Origin: Trichosphaerium sp. ATCC 40318 | Lineage: Eukaryota; Protista; Tubulinea | Assembly (NCBI GenBank): GCA_038496445.1 | Contig: JALMLS010000548.1 | Span: 1 to 64,000 of the forward strand | Reading direction: 5' to 3' | Length of the DNA stretch: 64,000 nucleotides | Made by a program: the position numbers and the translations under genes | Shown here: piece after piece, positions 23,701-38,147 of the stretch | Numbering within the stretch: position 1 is the stretch's first letter | Layout of the letters: each line of letters begins with the position of its first letter | Notes under the pieces: model-generated | Told to the model about the DNA's origin: nothing | Database searches by the model: none | Seen by the model: the letters and a program-made list of their open reading frames with translations, nothing else

Positions 23701-24712
23701 TTCTCGTAAAGGATCTAAATATTATGGTACCAAAGATAAGGACTGGTAGGTTCTTTGCAATCTGCATTTTGACACGCATAATATCTGCGTTTTTAACCCA
23801 GAACTTTCGCGTTTGTCTGTCAAAAGACTCTGGAGGATTCCATACACTTTTTACGTTACCATGAAACAGAGTGAAATACGCGTCACTGAGTACAACCTGT
23901 GGAAAAAAGATAAAATTAGCTTTGTTCGAAAAAAATGACTACAAGTTCAATGTAGTTCCAAATATGTCAGACGTACAAGCAAACCTGAGAAATTAATGTT
24001 GGTAAACGACTCACGTGCAAGTCGCTCCACAAAGAATCCTTGGGAGTTCGATTTTTTAACCTAAAGAAGAGATTGAGTAAAATGATCATAAACCAAAAAG
24101 GTGTACCCACCTCATCGTATAAACCCAGTAGATCTACAAACTGTTTGTAAACAAGACCTACAAATTGATCCAACATCACAATTTGTTCTGCCACCTATTT
24201 TATTCCGACGGTTAATACTTGAGCGAGTGAACACAGTTCAGTGCACAGAACAACAATATCAGTACCTTATCTAATTCCTCTTCGTAGACTTGCTTGGCAC
24301 TATCAGTCATGTTCTTAATGGACTATTTCGCTTAGTTACGCGTTGTTATAAGCTGGTTGGTACCTTTCGCATCAATTTGTGTGCAATAAATACAAACGTT
24401 TCTTTTAATTCCTTGTAAAACTTGTGTGTGCATTTATTTATGCGTAGTACTTGCTCCTCAACCACTGAAAAAAACGCATCAGATTTTTTGGAGTGTATCA
24501 GCGCTTTTAGATCTGCTACTTTCAGCAAGTGCGGTGCAAACTTAGGGTCCGTTAGCACTTTTCTGTTCCGCGCTAGATCTGGTTTATTTGCCGTATCAGG
24601 GATAAACCTGTAGGCGCTAACGTTAGTTTTGAAAGGCTAGCGTTTAACAAATGTGTCACACTGACCCTTCTGTGTACCACTTAGGCGCAACTTTTGGCCT
24701 ACTGGTGGACAT
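20773..24712 (-). CDS. VTC4: VTC4-like polyphosphate polymerase: degenerate SPX + VTC catalytic domain + DUF202 3-TM region + extra C-terminal domain
   Basis: FDRQTRKFWV, ITSVYLDN, LIRFRWYG, FLEQKTHHESW, RTTYTRAAFQ, RVSIDT, FPYAVLELKL, FSKFQHG, EPKTFFANER, YDDKITP. Confidence 0.9.
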
Positions 24713-25188
24713 GCCCTAACAAAGCAGAACGTGGCTTCTTTTTGTGCAATGTGTTTGTAAATAAGATTTTTTTAGTTTTTCTGTTTAAGCTTCGTTAGTC
24801 AGCTAAAAAGTGTCACGTTCGCGTGTCATCCTTCTATGTGACTATAAAATATAATCTTATAACGGCGTTGGCGTCTGTAACGCGTCATGTGATAATTTTT
24901 CGAACTAAATGCCTATAAATTAAACGTATAAAGAGCTAGACGTGTACGTTCGAACGTCGGCGATTTTTTATGTTTATTCGAAAAACCAAAAAACCCATCG
25001 AAACGTTTGTGTACGCTCACCAACCTGTAGTTCCACATTCAAAGTTAATCTGCAGCACTTTATTGCTTTTTCTAACACTACGAAATGGTGCTGGTCATGA
25101 CTTATTATTGACCTAAATCGGGCTTTTTTACCACCTTAAAGCACTCTAACGTTTCTAATGGCGTAAACTCTGGTGATTAGAAACCATT

Positions 25189-28100
25189 ATGTCTAAATCA
25201 TCTTCTCTTGCACAAGATAGGACCTCATACTCGTCCTCAACAAGGCACACTACTCGTATATCACCAAGAAAGGTTCGTAACTGCGAAAACATGGCTATTC
25301 GATGCTATTTATTTAAAGGCGCATGCTGCAAAAAGGTTATTGAGCAACGCGCCACCAATGTCATCGAATATGCAATGGTTTTGGACTTGTCTAACACGTA
25401 AAGCAGAATTCGGACACTGAGTTATTGGACATTCCATCAGCTTTCACAGCGAGTGACAGTCCACGCTCAACGCGGAGTGGTATTTCTGGACGGAAAAATT
25501 CTACAGTCTTGACGTCGTATGCTCTTTGTTTTCTCTTTTTTAATATTGTCCAAAGTGCTGATTCATTTATTTAGCGAACCTCGCTATGACGGTCATTTGG
25601 ACAGCAGGTATGGATTTTTTAGTGACACCTTTTTTTATTTGACTCTTCGTTAAAAAAAAACTCCAAAGTGACATTATATAGCTTTAGCCGCCCATTTGGA
25701 ACTCTTAGTGTGGCCTCTACTGCAAGTGACAAAAAACGCGCAACGAGATTTGGAGAACAGGCATTTCATTTCGAAAATTAAAAGCGATACTCTAACTGTT
25801 GCTATAGAAGCGCGTTTATTGCTATGACCAATCCCTGGCTCCGGTTAAAGGCACTGAAATAAAAAATACATTTGTCACGCACACGAGGGGTATCAAAGAT
25901 GCAGAGGTGCGGCACGTGGTGGCCAAAAAGAAAAAAAAAAAAGCTTTAACGAGTTTTATCTTTTGTTTGCATCTTTCTGATTGTAGCTAGCTACGGCCTT
26001 TGTACCGCGACTGCGTGCGTTCAATACTCGTTCCAGTGCATGGAAAACGCTTGAGCGAGCCTACAGAAATGTTTAAAGAACTTAGAGTTGTTTTCTCATA
26101 CCCAAAGAACGAGCATAAGGACTTAGTCACTGAAGAGACAGAGTCCTACACGAGCGGGGTGCGTGCTGCAACGGTTATACCAAAACGATTTGCTCAAGCT
26201 GGAATTGTAGGCTGCATTGCAAGAATTAGCACAACAAGCAAAAGGATTAAAAAAACATGCATTTTACACACCTGCTTCTTTCGAAGATAAAGCTGGTTTT
26301 AATAGTTGGAAAGATGGCGAGCGAAAGCGTATACACAAACTTGCTCGGCGCATTCAAAAATTAATGGGTGACGATGACGACGAGGGTGGTAAGTTTACAT
26401 ACCTGTTCGGTGTAAAGTGTTTATTGGTAAATACCTAGATGGTGAACTTATAAAGGATGAATCTGAGGAAACAAAAGAAGAACTCTACACAAAGTTATTT
26501 CGTGCTCTGGCTACATACGATCGCAACGCGTTACTTATATCAGAGGATGAGCAAGAAATGGTAAGAAACAACAAGTTAAAAATGCGGTTAATATTGACTC
26601 ACTTATTACAGCGTACACCGCTGCAGAAAATCGTGCGGCGTGTGGCGAATTTAATGCGATACACTACAGATAATGTAGATGTCGATTTCCAACCGCTCAT
26701 ACGTAAGTGATTCTAGTTGAGCATACCAAATGTCACTAACGTGATGCGCTCTAGAAAAGGATAAGAAAGTGAAAGAGAGCGATTTAAGGCAATTATTTTT
26801 CCTTTCTCCGTTCAGCAACTGGTTGTTAGAGGAGTATAGTACACGTTATGGCGTGCGACTTTTGTATAGACACTTGGCGTGCGTAGAATTCACTGTTCAA
26901 CATAAAACTAAAAAGTTGTTTGTAGCTTCCTTGACTACTTTGCATCACAATTTTCAAATGGCATGGACATTTTAACGATTATTCACGTTATTCTCAAGCG
27001 TTGCCTAAAGTTGATGCACTCATCTAATTATTCTTTTAACAAAAATGAGGCATGTTATTATCATACTTTGTTGTAGAGAAAGGCTTACATGTATTAGGTG
27101 AGATACTTCAAAGATGTAACACGAACAATAGAATTGCATGTGAGGGAGTACATGGAAAACATGTTCTTGTACTTTACTATATCAGATCGCTCCCTTATTC
27201 CTCTTGGTGTTATCGTAAAGATTTTACTGTTGTTATTGCAAGCAGACAAGATTCTCAATAGAGAAGTAAGGACATACGAAGCCTATATTTTAAAGAGCAT
27301 GGAGGTACATAATCGAAGAAAGCAGCAAGGTTTCTAAAATTGTTTGTTTTAGGAGTCTGTACGCAATAATTTTGTATCAATATTGCAAGAAACAAAAGAG
27401 CAGGAGAAGGGGACAGCTGCTAGAAAACAACGGCTACTTAAACTCAAAGATGTCCGAACGACTCCAGATAGTATAATAGCAACGATGAAGCTTGTCTATA
27501 GAGAGCTTGATACTATTACAGAGTTTACAAAAGTGTTTCAAAGTTTTAAGAACCAGATAATAGATTTGGCAAGAGCCAAGTATGCCAAACTAGTGTCTGA
27601 GGAAATAGCGGTAATACTACATTTTCAGTGATTAATGACTCATCATTCAACTAGTCATTTGCAACAAAATATGCGAGGAAGCACAGTACAGAGAGTATTC
27701 TTAAGCTAGCAGTGTTTGCGCATGGTTTTAATGACCGCTTCAAGAAGCTTGTTCCAGGGTACTGTTTGCATCATTGGTGCTATGGTACTTATCATTCAAT
27801 ACAGATTTCAACGTATTCCTATTGCTCTTTTATTTGGACAATATGTTGATACATGGCTTGACGAAATGAATGATACTTACAGGGAGTGGGTAACCACCGC
27901 TGCCTCAAATGAACAGGTATGTAGTGGTATTGTAGGTTAATCATAACGTGTTATAGTGGGAACATGTGAGCGGTGAAAAGGCCTATTCTCAATCTGTTAT
28001 TGAGTTATTTGCAAAGTGTGCAGAGCCAGTGGACTTTGTAAGCAAACAAGAACCTCTCAGATTAAAATCAGAAGGTAGGCGTTCTGTTATAATAAGTATT

Positions 28101-30139
28101 TTATATCTAATATTCATAATATAGGACCCACGTACCTTGAGTTATATAGCAAGGTGCGTTTAGTTATTTTATGTAGTTTCATTAATGAGACCTTAGACAA
28201 TATGCCGGACTATAAAGTACTATGTTGAGTCCATATACAATTTGTTTGTACAGGAGTTTCCAGAGGACCAACAAGCCCAATTACACGAAATTTATCTTCG
28301 TAGAGATAACACAAAGTATGTTTACTATTTTGCAGGCATTTTGTTTTTACTAATTGCAATAAAGTGTATTGTGGGTGAGCGAACGAGAAAAGAAAAAGTT
28401 TGGTTGGGGTTTTCTCAAGCGTCGACGAAAGAGTCTGGCTACGTTAAAGATAGAACCAGTAAAGCAACGATTTGGTAGCAATCCAGTGAGTATCAATGAT
28501 GTATATGATATACGGTACACAACAATTAACAACGAATATATCTACTAATGCTTTAAAACACAAAGAGTTTGGAACCCTACTTTCCTTGTCAATGCCAAAA
28601 AACGACGTAATGGTAGAAAACCAAAGCGAGGGACAACGATTACTAGTTCTGTACGTTTCTTCCTCACCTTCACATAGCTTTATGTCGTGACATTTATCTA
28701 GATGTGCGTAAAAGTAAACAATATCGAGCAGTGTCGAATTTTATTGGATAAATTGGCAACTGAATACGAAGACTACTTTGCAGATGATGCTTTTGATACG
28801 ATGTTTGTCTTACTGAAACGTGTTTTTAATGCCCTAGTCCAAATGATAATTCACTCGGTACTGTTGATTGTAGTGTAATGGCACCAGCTGATGTTTTTAG
28901 ATGAATATTTACTTACAGGGAGAAATTGAATATTTGTTTGCAAAGAGTAAGAAAAAAGTATCAAGGAGGTCTACAAAGTCGTTTGAGCAGCTTCGAGAGT
29001 ATATTGATCAACAACTTGTGGTTATTTCTCGAAGCATGAGTGAAAGATTGTATGGTAAAGTACTACAGAAGCTCTGGAAGACATTAATTGAGGTAGTTTT
29101 CATTTACAAAATTCCTTTCTCACCTGTGGCTATAGAACTTTAAAGAGATTACAATTTCCGAAAATGACCCTGACTGGCATCCAGAATTCCCTCAGATTCT
29201 TCTCACTGAAGAGATTCTTATGGTATGTGGAGTGCAGTATCCGAATAACCTAACGAGTGCCTTAGGAAATGAGACAATACTTCTTGAATAACAAATTACT
29301 CTCCGAGGAAGCATTAGATCCGATGCTAGAAGATCTTATCCATAAAATGAAAGACAACGTATGGGAAGAGCATCTGGAAGGTTATAAGCAGAGCTTCTCA
29401 AGGAAACATGGTGAATCGATTTTAACGTCTCACCTGGATAGTAGTGTCAAACCACATAGTGAAGTAAGTTTCAAGGCATTTAACAATACAGCTAATAAGC
29501 ACATCCACAGATGTATTCATATGCTGAAAGCGACAGTTTGACTACAGTGACAACGAAAATGAGTGCGTGCCTTTTTTTTTTGGTTGTACTCATTTGTATG
29601 GCTTCTAGGTATCTCGAAGAGTTTGCCTGCTGTTGGAAGCTTCATGTTAACAAGTGATGAACGGAAGAGCCAAGACCAGTCGCTTAACTTACACAGCAAT
29701 AATTCAGCACCGAAGTCTACCAAGTCAACGAAATCAAGGAGAGGCAGAAGGGCGAAATCACCTTCTCCAAAACATTCACCTAGGCGGAGACGGCGGCCTA
29801 GCCCTCATCGTAACAGAACAAATAGTGCACCTCCTGGTACACCTAGACAAGAGGTTAGTTCTTTTTGTACCGTTGACTTAAACTAATTTCGAGCAGAAGG
29901 TAATGAGTTCAAAGTCAATGAACGTTGCTGTTAGACGCGTAAAGAAAAAGAAGCCTCCAAATAAACGAAGGAAGTCATCTACAGTACGTTTGATAACAAA
30001 ATGGGTCCACCGTTTTTCGCTTACGATTGGTTAGGATGCAGCATTTGGACCTATTACTATTCGTAACAATTCTTCTCCAACGAAGGCACACACGAAACAA
30101 CACAGTTCATCATCAAGATCCAGATCTACGAAAAAGTGA
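25189..30139 (+). CDS. Munc13-homology (MHD1/MHD2, MUN) domain protein
   Basis: LSPFSNWLLEEYSTRYGVRLLYRHL, WVTTAASNEQW..YSQSVIELF, MCVKVNNIEQCR, YIDQQLVVISRSMSERLYGKVLQKLWKTLI. The 5' exon structure is uncertain. Confidence 0.7.
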
Positions 30140-30320
30140 TAGGGAAAGAAATGGAAGCTAGGAGATTGCGTATTTTGAAATTTGTTGTACAAAAAAAAAC
30201 ACCTGTATTATTATTAAAACAAAAGAAACGTGTCTAGTGTAAGCGTGAAAAAAGAGTAAAGTGATTTATTTATCTCGCTTAATGTTATACTTAACGACTG
30301 TTTGAGAGCGCCCATGGACA

Positions 30321-32948
30321 ATGGGCAATGTAGCAGCTACCCCTTGTAATAACAGTGACGTAAACAATTATCAGGAAGCCCACTATTTCGATTTGGTTCT
30401 TGTTGATGTAAAGCAGCTAGAAATAGCGTTGCGCGCAGACAAATCGCGCATAGGTATCGTTGAGGCCTCAACAGTCGAAACTTGTCTTGGTATCTAGATT
30501 TATTACGTGAAATACACGTATTTTACCCGACTGGCCCTAATAACAAACCAGGAGAGCTTGGAAAGAGAGGAGACATTACCGATGCTGTTTTTGAATTTTT
30601 CACAAATAGAAATGGTGTAGGCGTTTTAGGCGCTCACTTACTGGCGTACCTGGTACGATTTAAATACACGTGAAATTTCCGTTAATACCTAACGATACAC
30701 GAATTGACATTTGGCATAGACTGCGTTTACAGGTGCAAGTCTGGACGAAAAACTTGCTTACACGTTTGGTTTGTTTGAAGCTGGTATGTTTAATCGTATT
30801 TTGTGGTAACAACAAACTCTTGCTAGATGGCTCTGGTTTTATATCTTGCGAAGATGGTACGATAAAAGTGATAACGCTATTCAACCTAATTTGAAATGTC
30901 TGAAATGGTTTAGCCGCTGTGATTCTCACGATTCTTCATCAACGTAACTCGGATCACAAGATAAACACGGAATATATCGTAAATATACTATCAACTTTTG
31001 ATGATAACAACGTTGGGAGTATAGACCATGAGCAATTTGCAAAAGGCACGTGTCAAGCAATAATTTTTTAAATTAGCATGTTGTTGCGTTGTACAGCAAT
31101 TTTTTTGCCAATTTGCACTCGCTCTCCCAAATCCAGTAAAGTCCAACGTGTTGTTGTTCTTGGCTAGTCGTTAGTTTTCGTGCTGGGCCAAAGCAAGCTG
31201 TTCAGTCAATTCCCTTTGTCAAAACGAGAATCTGTCAATTGTGATCTAAAATCCACAAGGATTTAAGGGTCAAATTCCCTCGCGTTTATTGCTTTTTTGA
31301 CGTTTTGTTACTAGGTGCTACTGCTCTGTCATTATGGATTGAGAACTACGTCACCAAAGTTGGTGGAGATGAAGATGAACCACTAAAACAAGGCGGTACT
31401 GACAAGCTAGATATTTTTTTATTTTAACTTAAATTAGATGTGCTTGTAACCCCACAAAGTGATAAGTGGCCTATTGTACTTTATATCATGCGTGGCATCT
31501 CAGATTATGTACGAAGAGTTGCATAGATTGAGTCCCCTAATTAGTGTAGGTACATAAATTAACATCTGTAACGCCACCAGAGAAACTGAGTACAACTGAC
31601 TTTACTGAAACATGGTCTATTGACACGTGCAATCAATATTATAACTTCAGTAAGTGCAGCATTCAGTAAGTGATTATTAACTATCATTCAAAGCGACATT
31701 TGCTCCTTCCGTGTTTTGTTGTATACGGGAACAATTCCGTATCACTGATGCCTTCTACAACGATTCTCTTGGTATCCAACAATTTGCAGATACTCTATTG
31801 GTACTTCTTGTTATTCTCTTATCAATTGAAAGTTCTTACTTTTACTATTCTTAGAACGGTGAAATGAATTGCTTTAGCACAATTGTTTCACAAGGAAAGA
31901 GTGGCAATCAATTTTACTTTTCTCATAACAAGTTATTCGTAATTAAAACAATAACTGAAGGAGAGAAGAGAGCACTCTTGGATATCTTACCACCGTATAT
32001 TGAGGTAAACAATCAATATCAAGTTCTTTCCAATTTCGATTCAAAATCCTAGTTCAAACTTATCAATGTCTAGTTCCTCAAGAATAACAGAAATACTCTT
32101 CTCCCTAGAATTTATGGCCTTCATTACTTGACTTACCCACACCAAAGTTTCAATTTTGTTGTGATGGAGAATGTATTTAAAGTAAGACAAAATGTGATAG
32201 ATAATGTTTATGACCTGAAGGTATGCAACATAGAAATTTTGTGACTTTTTTCTTTTACTTATCGAAGGTTTTATAGGGATCATATGTTGGTAGAACTAAC
32301 AAGGGCACACCCTCAACAGTGAGAAAAGACTTAGATTTCAGTCATGTCTTACGGTTAGGCAAGAAGCGCTCAACATTGGTTAAACAAATAAAACGAGATG
32401 TTCACGTGCGCCATACATTTTAACACTCACATGATAACGTTGTTAGTTTTTGGCTTCCAACGACATTATAGATTATAGTCTATTGGTTGGGGTACAAAAT
32501 GGAGATGGTATGGGCTTCAAAATTAATGAAGATATGGATGAAGAGTACGGAGAGTAATACACTTATGAATTCATTATTAATCTATTTTTTTTAGTGTTCA
32601 AAGCACTTTCTTTTCACAGTTTCAGACAGCATTCGGTGGTGTATCATCTGTCTTAAAAAGTGGTAAGAGCCCTGATACTACTTTAATTTATTGTACTCAA
32701 AAAAGATCTTGGATCTAGGCTCTGCTGGGAATGAGACTTATTTTTTTGGTATCATTGACACTTTTGTAAAATGGCACTTTCTAAAGAAGACTGAATACTC
32801 CATGAAGTCAATGTTACATAACGCAGAAGAGCTTTCAGTTAACCCTCCAGATAAGTATGCTGAGAGATTTTTAGCATATGTTACAAATATTCTCACAAAG
32901 GAAAAGATAGCAAATGATAGCACTGTAGCTGATTTTGTAATTGTATAA
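30321..32948 (+). CDS. PIP kinase (PIP5K family) with N-terminal recoverin/calcineurin-B-like EF-hand region
   Basis: MGNVAA start; EKLAYTFGLFEADGSGFI and FDDNNVGSIDHEQF; GKSGNQFYFS..VIKTI, YDLKGS, KDLDF, IIDYSLLVG, YFFGIID, SVNPPDKYAERF. Confidence 0.9.
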
Positions 32949-33346
32949 ACAACTCAAGGTTTTTTCCTTGCCAGCGTTGCACAGTTTGATGAATTGATAG
33001 GTTTTGTTTTGATTTTGATGTGACTCCACTAAATTTCACGCACAACAAGTGCTTGCACCAATAGTGTCAGAGCTTTAAAAAATGTGGTACACAATATTTT
33101 ACCAAGTGCCTTATTAGTGCAATTAAGTCCCAAAATGGCGTTTGTCTTTCATGCAGCAGAATTCTTTCTGGCTTGCTAAGATATACATTTATGTGGCTAT
33201 GACGCCCTAGTAATGCGTGCATACACGTTGAGTATCTTCGAGCTGTTGTTGACACTTATCAGCGAAAAGAAAAAACCGAAGCACTGAGTTTGTTGAAATT
33301 TTTTATTTACAAGTACAAGTTGCGTTTTCGCTCTTTTTTCTTAAAT

Positions 33347-36300
33347 TTAGAGTTCACCGCCTTTTGAAACACGTCGCCGTTTTGGTTCAGGTTCATCTTC
33401 GCTTTCACTTTCAGAAGCAGAATCATCGCGTGCACGTTTAGAGCCTAAAAAAAACGAGAATAAGCAAAAAATCCAAGGAGTGAAAAAAAAAACCAAAAAA
33501 CACTTACTTCGTCGATCTTCGCTCTCTTCTTCATTAGATAGAGCATCACTTCCAGACACATCATTGCCATCTTCAAAGAGTCGCTTACGAACACCATCAG
33601 TCTGTTCATCTTCAGTATGATCCTTCGATCGTCTACGTCTGCTTTTTGATGGAGATTTGTGTCCCTTTGTCATCTTTTTGATTGTATCGATAATAGTAAA
33701 ATACGGGTCATGAGCTTCTACCCGCTTATTTGCTTCAATACCCTTTGCTTGTTCTTGAACATATTCCAATCTAAGAAGGAAAAAAAAGTCAGAAAACAAG
33801 CCAAAGATCCAACAACAAAAAAAAGGAGTCCATGTTTGTAAAACGTTTCGTACAGGTATGCTGCGCTAGGCGGATCAAGCTTTGTCAAAAATATTGTAGC
33901 ACCCTCTCCGAACATTGGTAAGTTGTTAGGGAATGACTCAAATCCATAAGATATCAGTTTTCGGACTAACGTAAACAAAGATTGTCGCATGTCCTAAAAA
34001 AAAAAAAAGTCAGAAAAACCGCCTCTACCAAACGAAAAAGAAAAAAAAAATAGTACCTGTGATCTCTGGTTGGCAATACCGTAAGTCGCTGCAATGCGTG
34101 AGCATAGGTCCTTCCATCCAGACCATAGCTTATCAGTTGCTTCTTCGGTCATATTACTATCCTCAGAGCGTGCTGAGACATCATCATAATGCTAAACAAG
34201 CCATCAGTTTCAAAACCAAAAAAACCAATTTTTTTTTTGTTCTCGTAAACACAAGTGTAGTTCACGGTGACGTACGCTTGTAAGGGCATCATATACGTGT
34301 TGGTATTCTGTATTAGTTACTTTACTCTCTCCATTGTTGATATCAGTCTCCTCAGTTTTGAGGGAAGTACGCAATCTGCTCAAAAAGACACGGACCAAGT
34401 CGGCCATTTTAGGGTGCTCTGGAAATCTATTGTACTGAAGGATGATCAAAGGTGCAAATTGCTTTGCAGGGAATCCTTTGTATAGAACAGATCGACAAAG
34501 GCAAGCCAACATTGTGTACTTTCTAAGCAAGACATAAGAGACAACAACAACAGAAAAGTAAAACCAAGAAAGAAAAAAAAAAAAGAAGAAGAAAACGCAC
34601 GTCTGGAATGGTACTTCATCGTCATCTCTTAATAGCAAATCCTCAAACATAAACTTCTCAACATCAGCCAAGAAACCATCACTCCAATCTATCGTCAAAC
34701 GATACAGTGTAGAGTCAGCATTGTACTGACTGAAAGTGATAGACAAGTCTGAGCATAACTTGAAGATGAGCTCCTTCATCTCAAGAGATGTGGACTTTGC
34801 AAAGATATCTTCGCAGTAATGAGCCAAATACTGCGCAATACCTCTTAAATGTTTAGTTTGTTCGCGTATTATATCTTCATTTTCTTCTTCTGGATCAACA
34901 AGAGATATTCCCCACAAGACACGAGAAAAAGCAAACTTGCAAGCTGCAGCAACAACCTATTTTCAAAACGTGAGAAAAAACATAGAATGTCATCGAAATT
35001 GAGCTCGTACCTCATCAGGAATAGGTCTATCAGCAGCCTTAGCTTTAAGTAATCCTTCTACCTTGACGTAGACACTATCTTCTTCATCAACATCTGTAAG
35101 ATGGCCAAGCCTGTTGTATGTTTCAAGACACATGAGGCGCTTCAAAGAAATCTCAAGCTCTTCCATATTTTCGCCATCCCACAAGAACCCAATACCAGCA
35201 TCCTGTGCTGTTTGGGTTGACTCATTAATAGGGTCTCCCATTGCATCAAGTATTTGCTAAATGAAAAGATTAGAGGCTAGAGTAAACGCAGACAAACAAA
35301 GAATTCAGAAAAGCAAAACAACAAAGCAAAAAAAAATCCAGGTTAGTTCCTGTCACGTACATCCGATAGGTGATCACTCAACTTAGTTACCATTGTTTTA
35401 AATGATGACGTAATCAATGTAGAATGTTTGGATGTGCTTAGTTTGCGAAGCAAGAACTCGTACATCTTTGAAATTGCTGTGAAAACACGCTCATCAGTGC
35501 TTTGACTAACAATACTAGCAAGACGTTGTAACAACTTGTTCATAGCCTACAGTTAAACGTTTTAGTATGAATGATGGCCGAAAGCCGTTGAGCGAGTACT
35601 ACAAAACCAAAAATAAAGAGATACGTACAGTACTGGATACACTTTCAAAAGTATCGACTGGTAAAAGTTCAGGAATAGCAAGGAGTTCAATGAGTGTTTC
35701 TGCACTTGCTTTTGTCTTGAATTGATCGTAAAGACCTGGAAGAGCTTTTGCGATAGCAACACTGGCGTCAGCAATAATATGACTTTGCTAAAAGACGAGG
35801 TAAGTAAAAAAAATGAAGCCAAAAAAATTGAGAATGATTCTGATCTTTGTTCGTACATCTTTCTTTTTTCCTCTTGAGTTTGACCCAGGTACAATTCTAC
35901 GTCCAAGAGATTTACCCATAGCATTAACAAGAATACGTGCAAGCACAGTCAGTTCATCAGACTCCAAACCACCTTGACGGCTACTCAAACCCAACAATTT
36001 CGTCATTTCTGTAAAATCTTCAAGAGGTTCAAATTTTCCCCACATGGCTAAAAATGCATAAGAAGTCGAATAATCCAAACCAAAAAAGTATGATATCGTC
36101 TACACCGCGCCTACGTACCATCTACAACATATTGAGGGCGGTCAGGATGTCCTGAGTTCTCACGAATGACTTCAATCAACTTGCGAATACTATCTTCGTT
36201 ATCAAGTTGCTCTGTGAATTGGTAGTTGATGATAAACTCAGCAGCAGCTGAACGGACTCTGGCGTTTGGATCGCAAATGTAACGATGTACATCATCGATT

Positions 36301-38147
36301 TGCTCTTCGCTAAGGATATCATACTTAGATAGAGTACCACACAGCTTGATAGCTTCGACACAGACACTGTAATCCTTGAAAAAAAAGATAAGCAAAAAAA
36401 AACTACGTCAAAAAAAAAAGCCAAGTGCTTGTTTTCCCAATGACGTACAACATCGTTCATCATCTGTAATAATCTCTTGTGGAAATATACAATAAAATTA
36501 GCTAGATGAGATCCAGTAACCAGTTCCTCAACACCAAATAATCCATTGACAGCCTTGATACAAGCGAGTCTGACAGAAGATTCTCTATCGCTCAAAAGCC
36601 AACCAAGGTACTTTGTGCACTCATCCCCAATGAATAGAATAGGGTAGTCTTTTACCCAACCACCAAAACTCTCAACACAGTTGGCTCTGATCTCTGGATT
36701 CAAATCACGGTAACGGTGAGTGAAGATTTGCTAAAAAAAGGTGAGTTTCACTTGTAGATCTATAAAAAAAAAAGGGAGCGAATGGATACTTACTTTGTAT
36801 AATTGTTGAAGGCATGTATCGACTGTTTCGATGTTTTCTTCAAGCTCATTGACTTTATCGGATAGATCTTCGATCACATCATCGTCTCCGTTTCTCTAAG
36901 ATGCGTTAGCACAAATACAAGTATGTGGCATGATCCTGAGTACCTTTTTCTTCTCATTGGAGAGTTTTCTGGAGAAAGTATCCAAAGAGCTTCTCAGGGA
37001 GTTACCAACTGTCAAGAGAGCAGTACCGAGATATAAAGCAGCAAGCGTGGCTGTGTGTCTGAAAGCACGGATCTCTGATCTAAAACAGAGGGTGAGATTC
37101 GAAATCAAACTTTTCAGCAAGTGGCTTCCGCATAGGGCTTTCTACGTACTGTGATACTGCAATGAGCCACGCTACGATAGTTTCGAGCATGTAATCATCA
37201 TAGAGAATCTCTCTGGAGCATACATTGACCAAACGCCTCCAGAAATCGGCGAAACTCGTTTTGAATCGTCTGAATGCAGCTTTACGGGATACAACAGGGT
37301 ATTCACCACGTTCCTACAGCGCATAAGCGTACAAGCAAAAATGGCGCTACTCGCTCCATAAAAAAAATAGCGTACCGTCTCCATAGCGTCATCTACGAGG
37401 TCTTCTTTCAACATAGTTATGATTGCTTCATCTGTGAGTGTAATACTCTCCTCAGTTATCTTTGCTGATGAACCGGAAGACTGGAAAAATACAATTAGTT
37501 TTTATCCTATTCTACTATTCAAAAACAACTGAAAACGCACTCTGATGACAAAATTAATAATTCTTGTAACGGCTGATTCCGGTTCTTCTTTGTAATGTTC
37601 AACAAGCTCTTCAACGGCCATTTGTAGAGAGGTGTTGTTACCGAGAACTACCTCTGGAAGCGTTGTAAGTTAATGGAAATCTTCAAAATAGCGTGTAGAT
37701 CAAAAAACCGTGTAAACGGTTGAAATTTTTGATAGAACGGATCTAACGCACCATATAGCTCTGAGTCTCCAAGTTCTGAAATGTCAGATGCTTGAGAACT
37801 CTAATTTGATGTTAAATTGGCTTCAAGCACGTTTGATTGAGCGTACGAGTTGTGGTTTTGTCTTTTTTGGTTTAGAGCTCTTCTTTTTGGCCTTCAGTAC
37901 TTTCTTTGTTGGTGCTTTCTTCTTTTTACCTGCTGTGGTAGCTTTGCTGACCTTTGCGCGCTTTTTGGCGCTGGCTTTTTTTGGTGTTTTTACAGCTTTG
38001 CGCTTTCGCGTTTGCTGTGCCTTCTTGGCTGTGTTCTCCTTTTCTAGGTCCACTCTTTGCGTACGTAAGTTAACCGCGTAGATCGATATTTGTTGTTGTG
38101 GAACACACTACGTACAACCTAGATGAACGTCTACGCGCTGTGCTCAT
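33347..38147 (-). CDS. STAG: Cohesin subunit SCC3/STAG
   Basis: SEIRAFRHTATLAAL, FTHRYRDLNPEIRANCVESFGGW, KYLGWLLSDRESSVR. Confidence 0.95.

Noticed and set aside
24946-24957. Palindrome ACGTTCGAACGT in the VTC4/MUN divergent promoter
   Set aside because: A single short palindrome with no second example; not distinguishable from chance.
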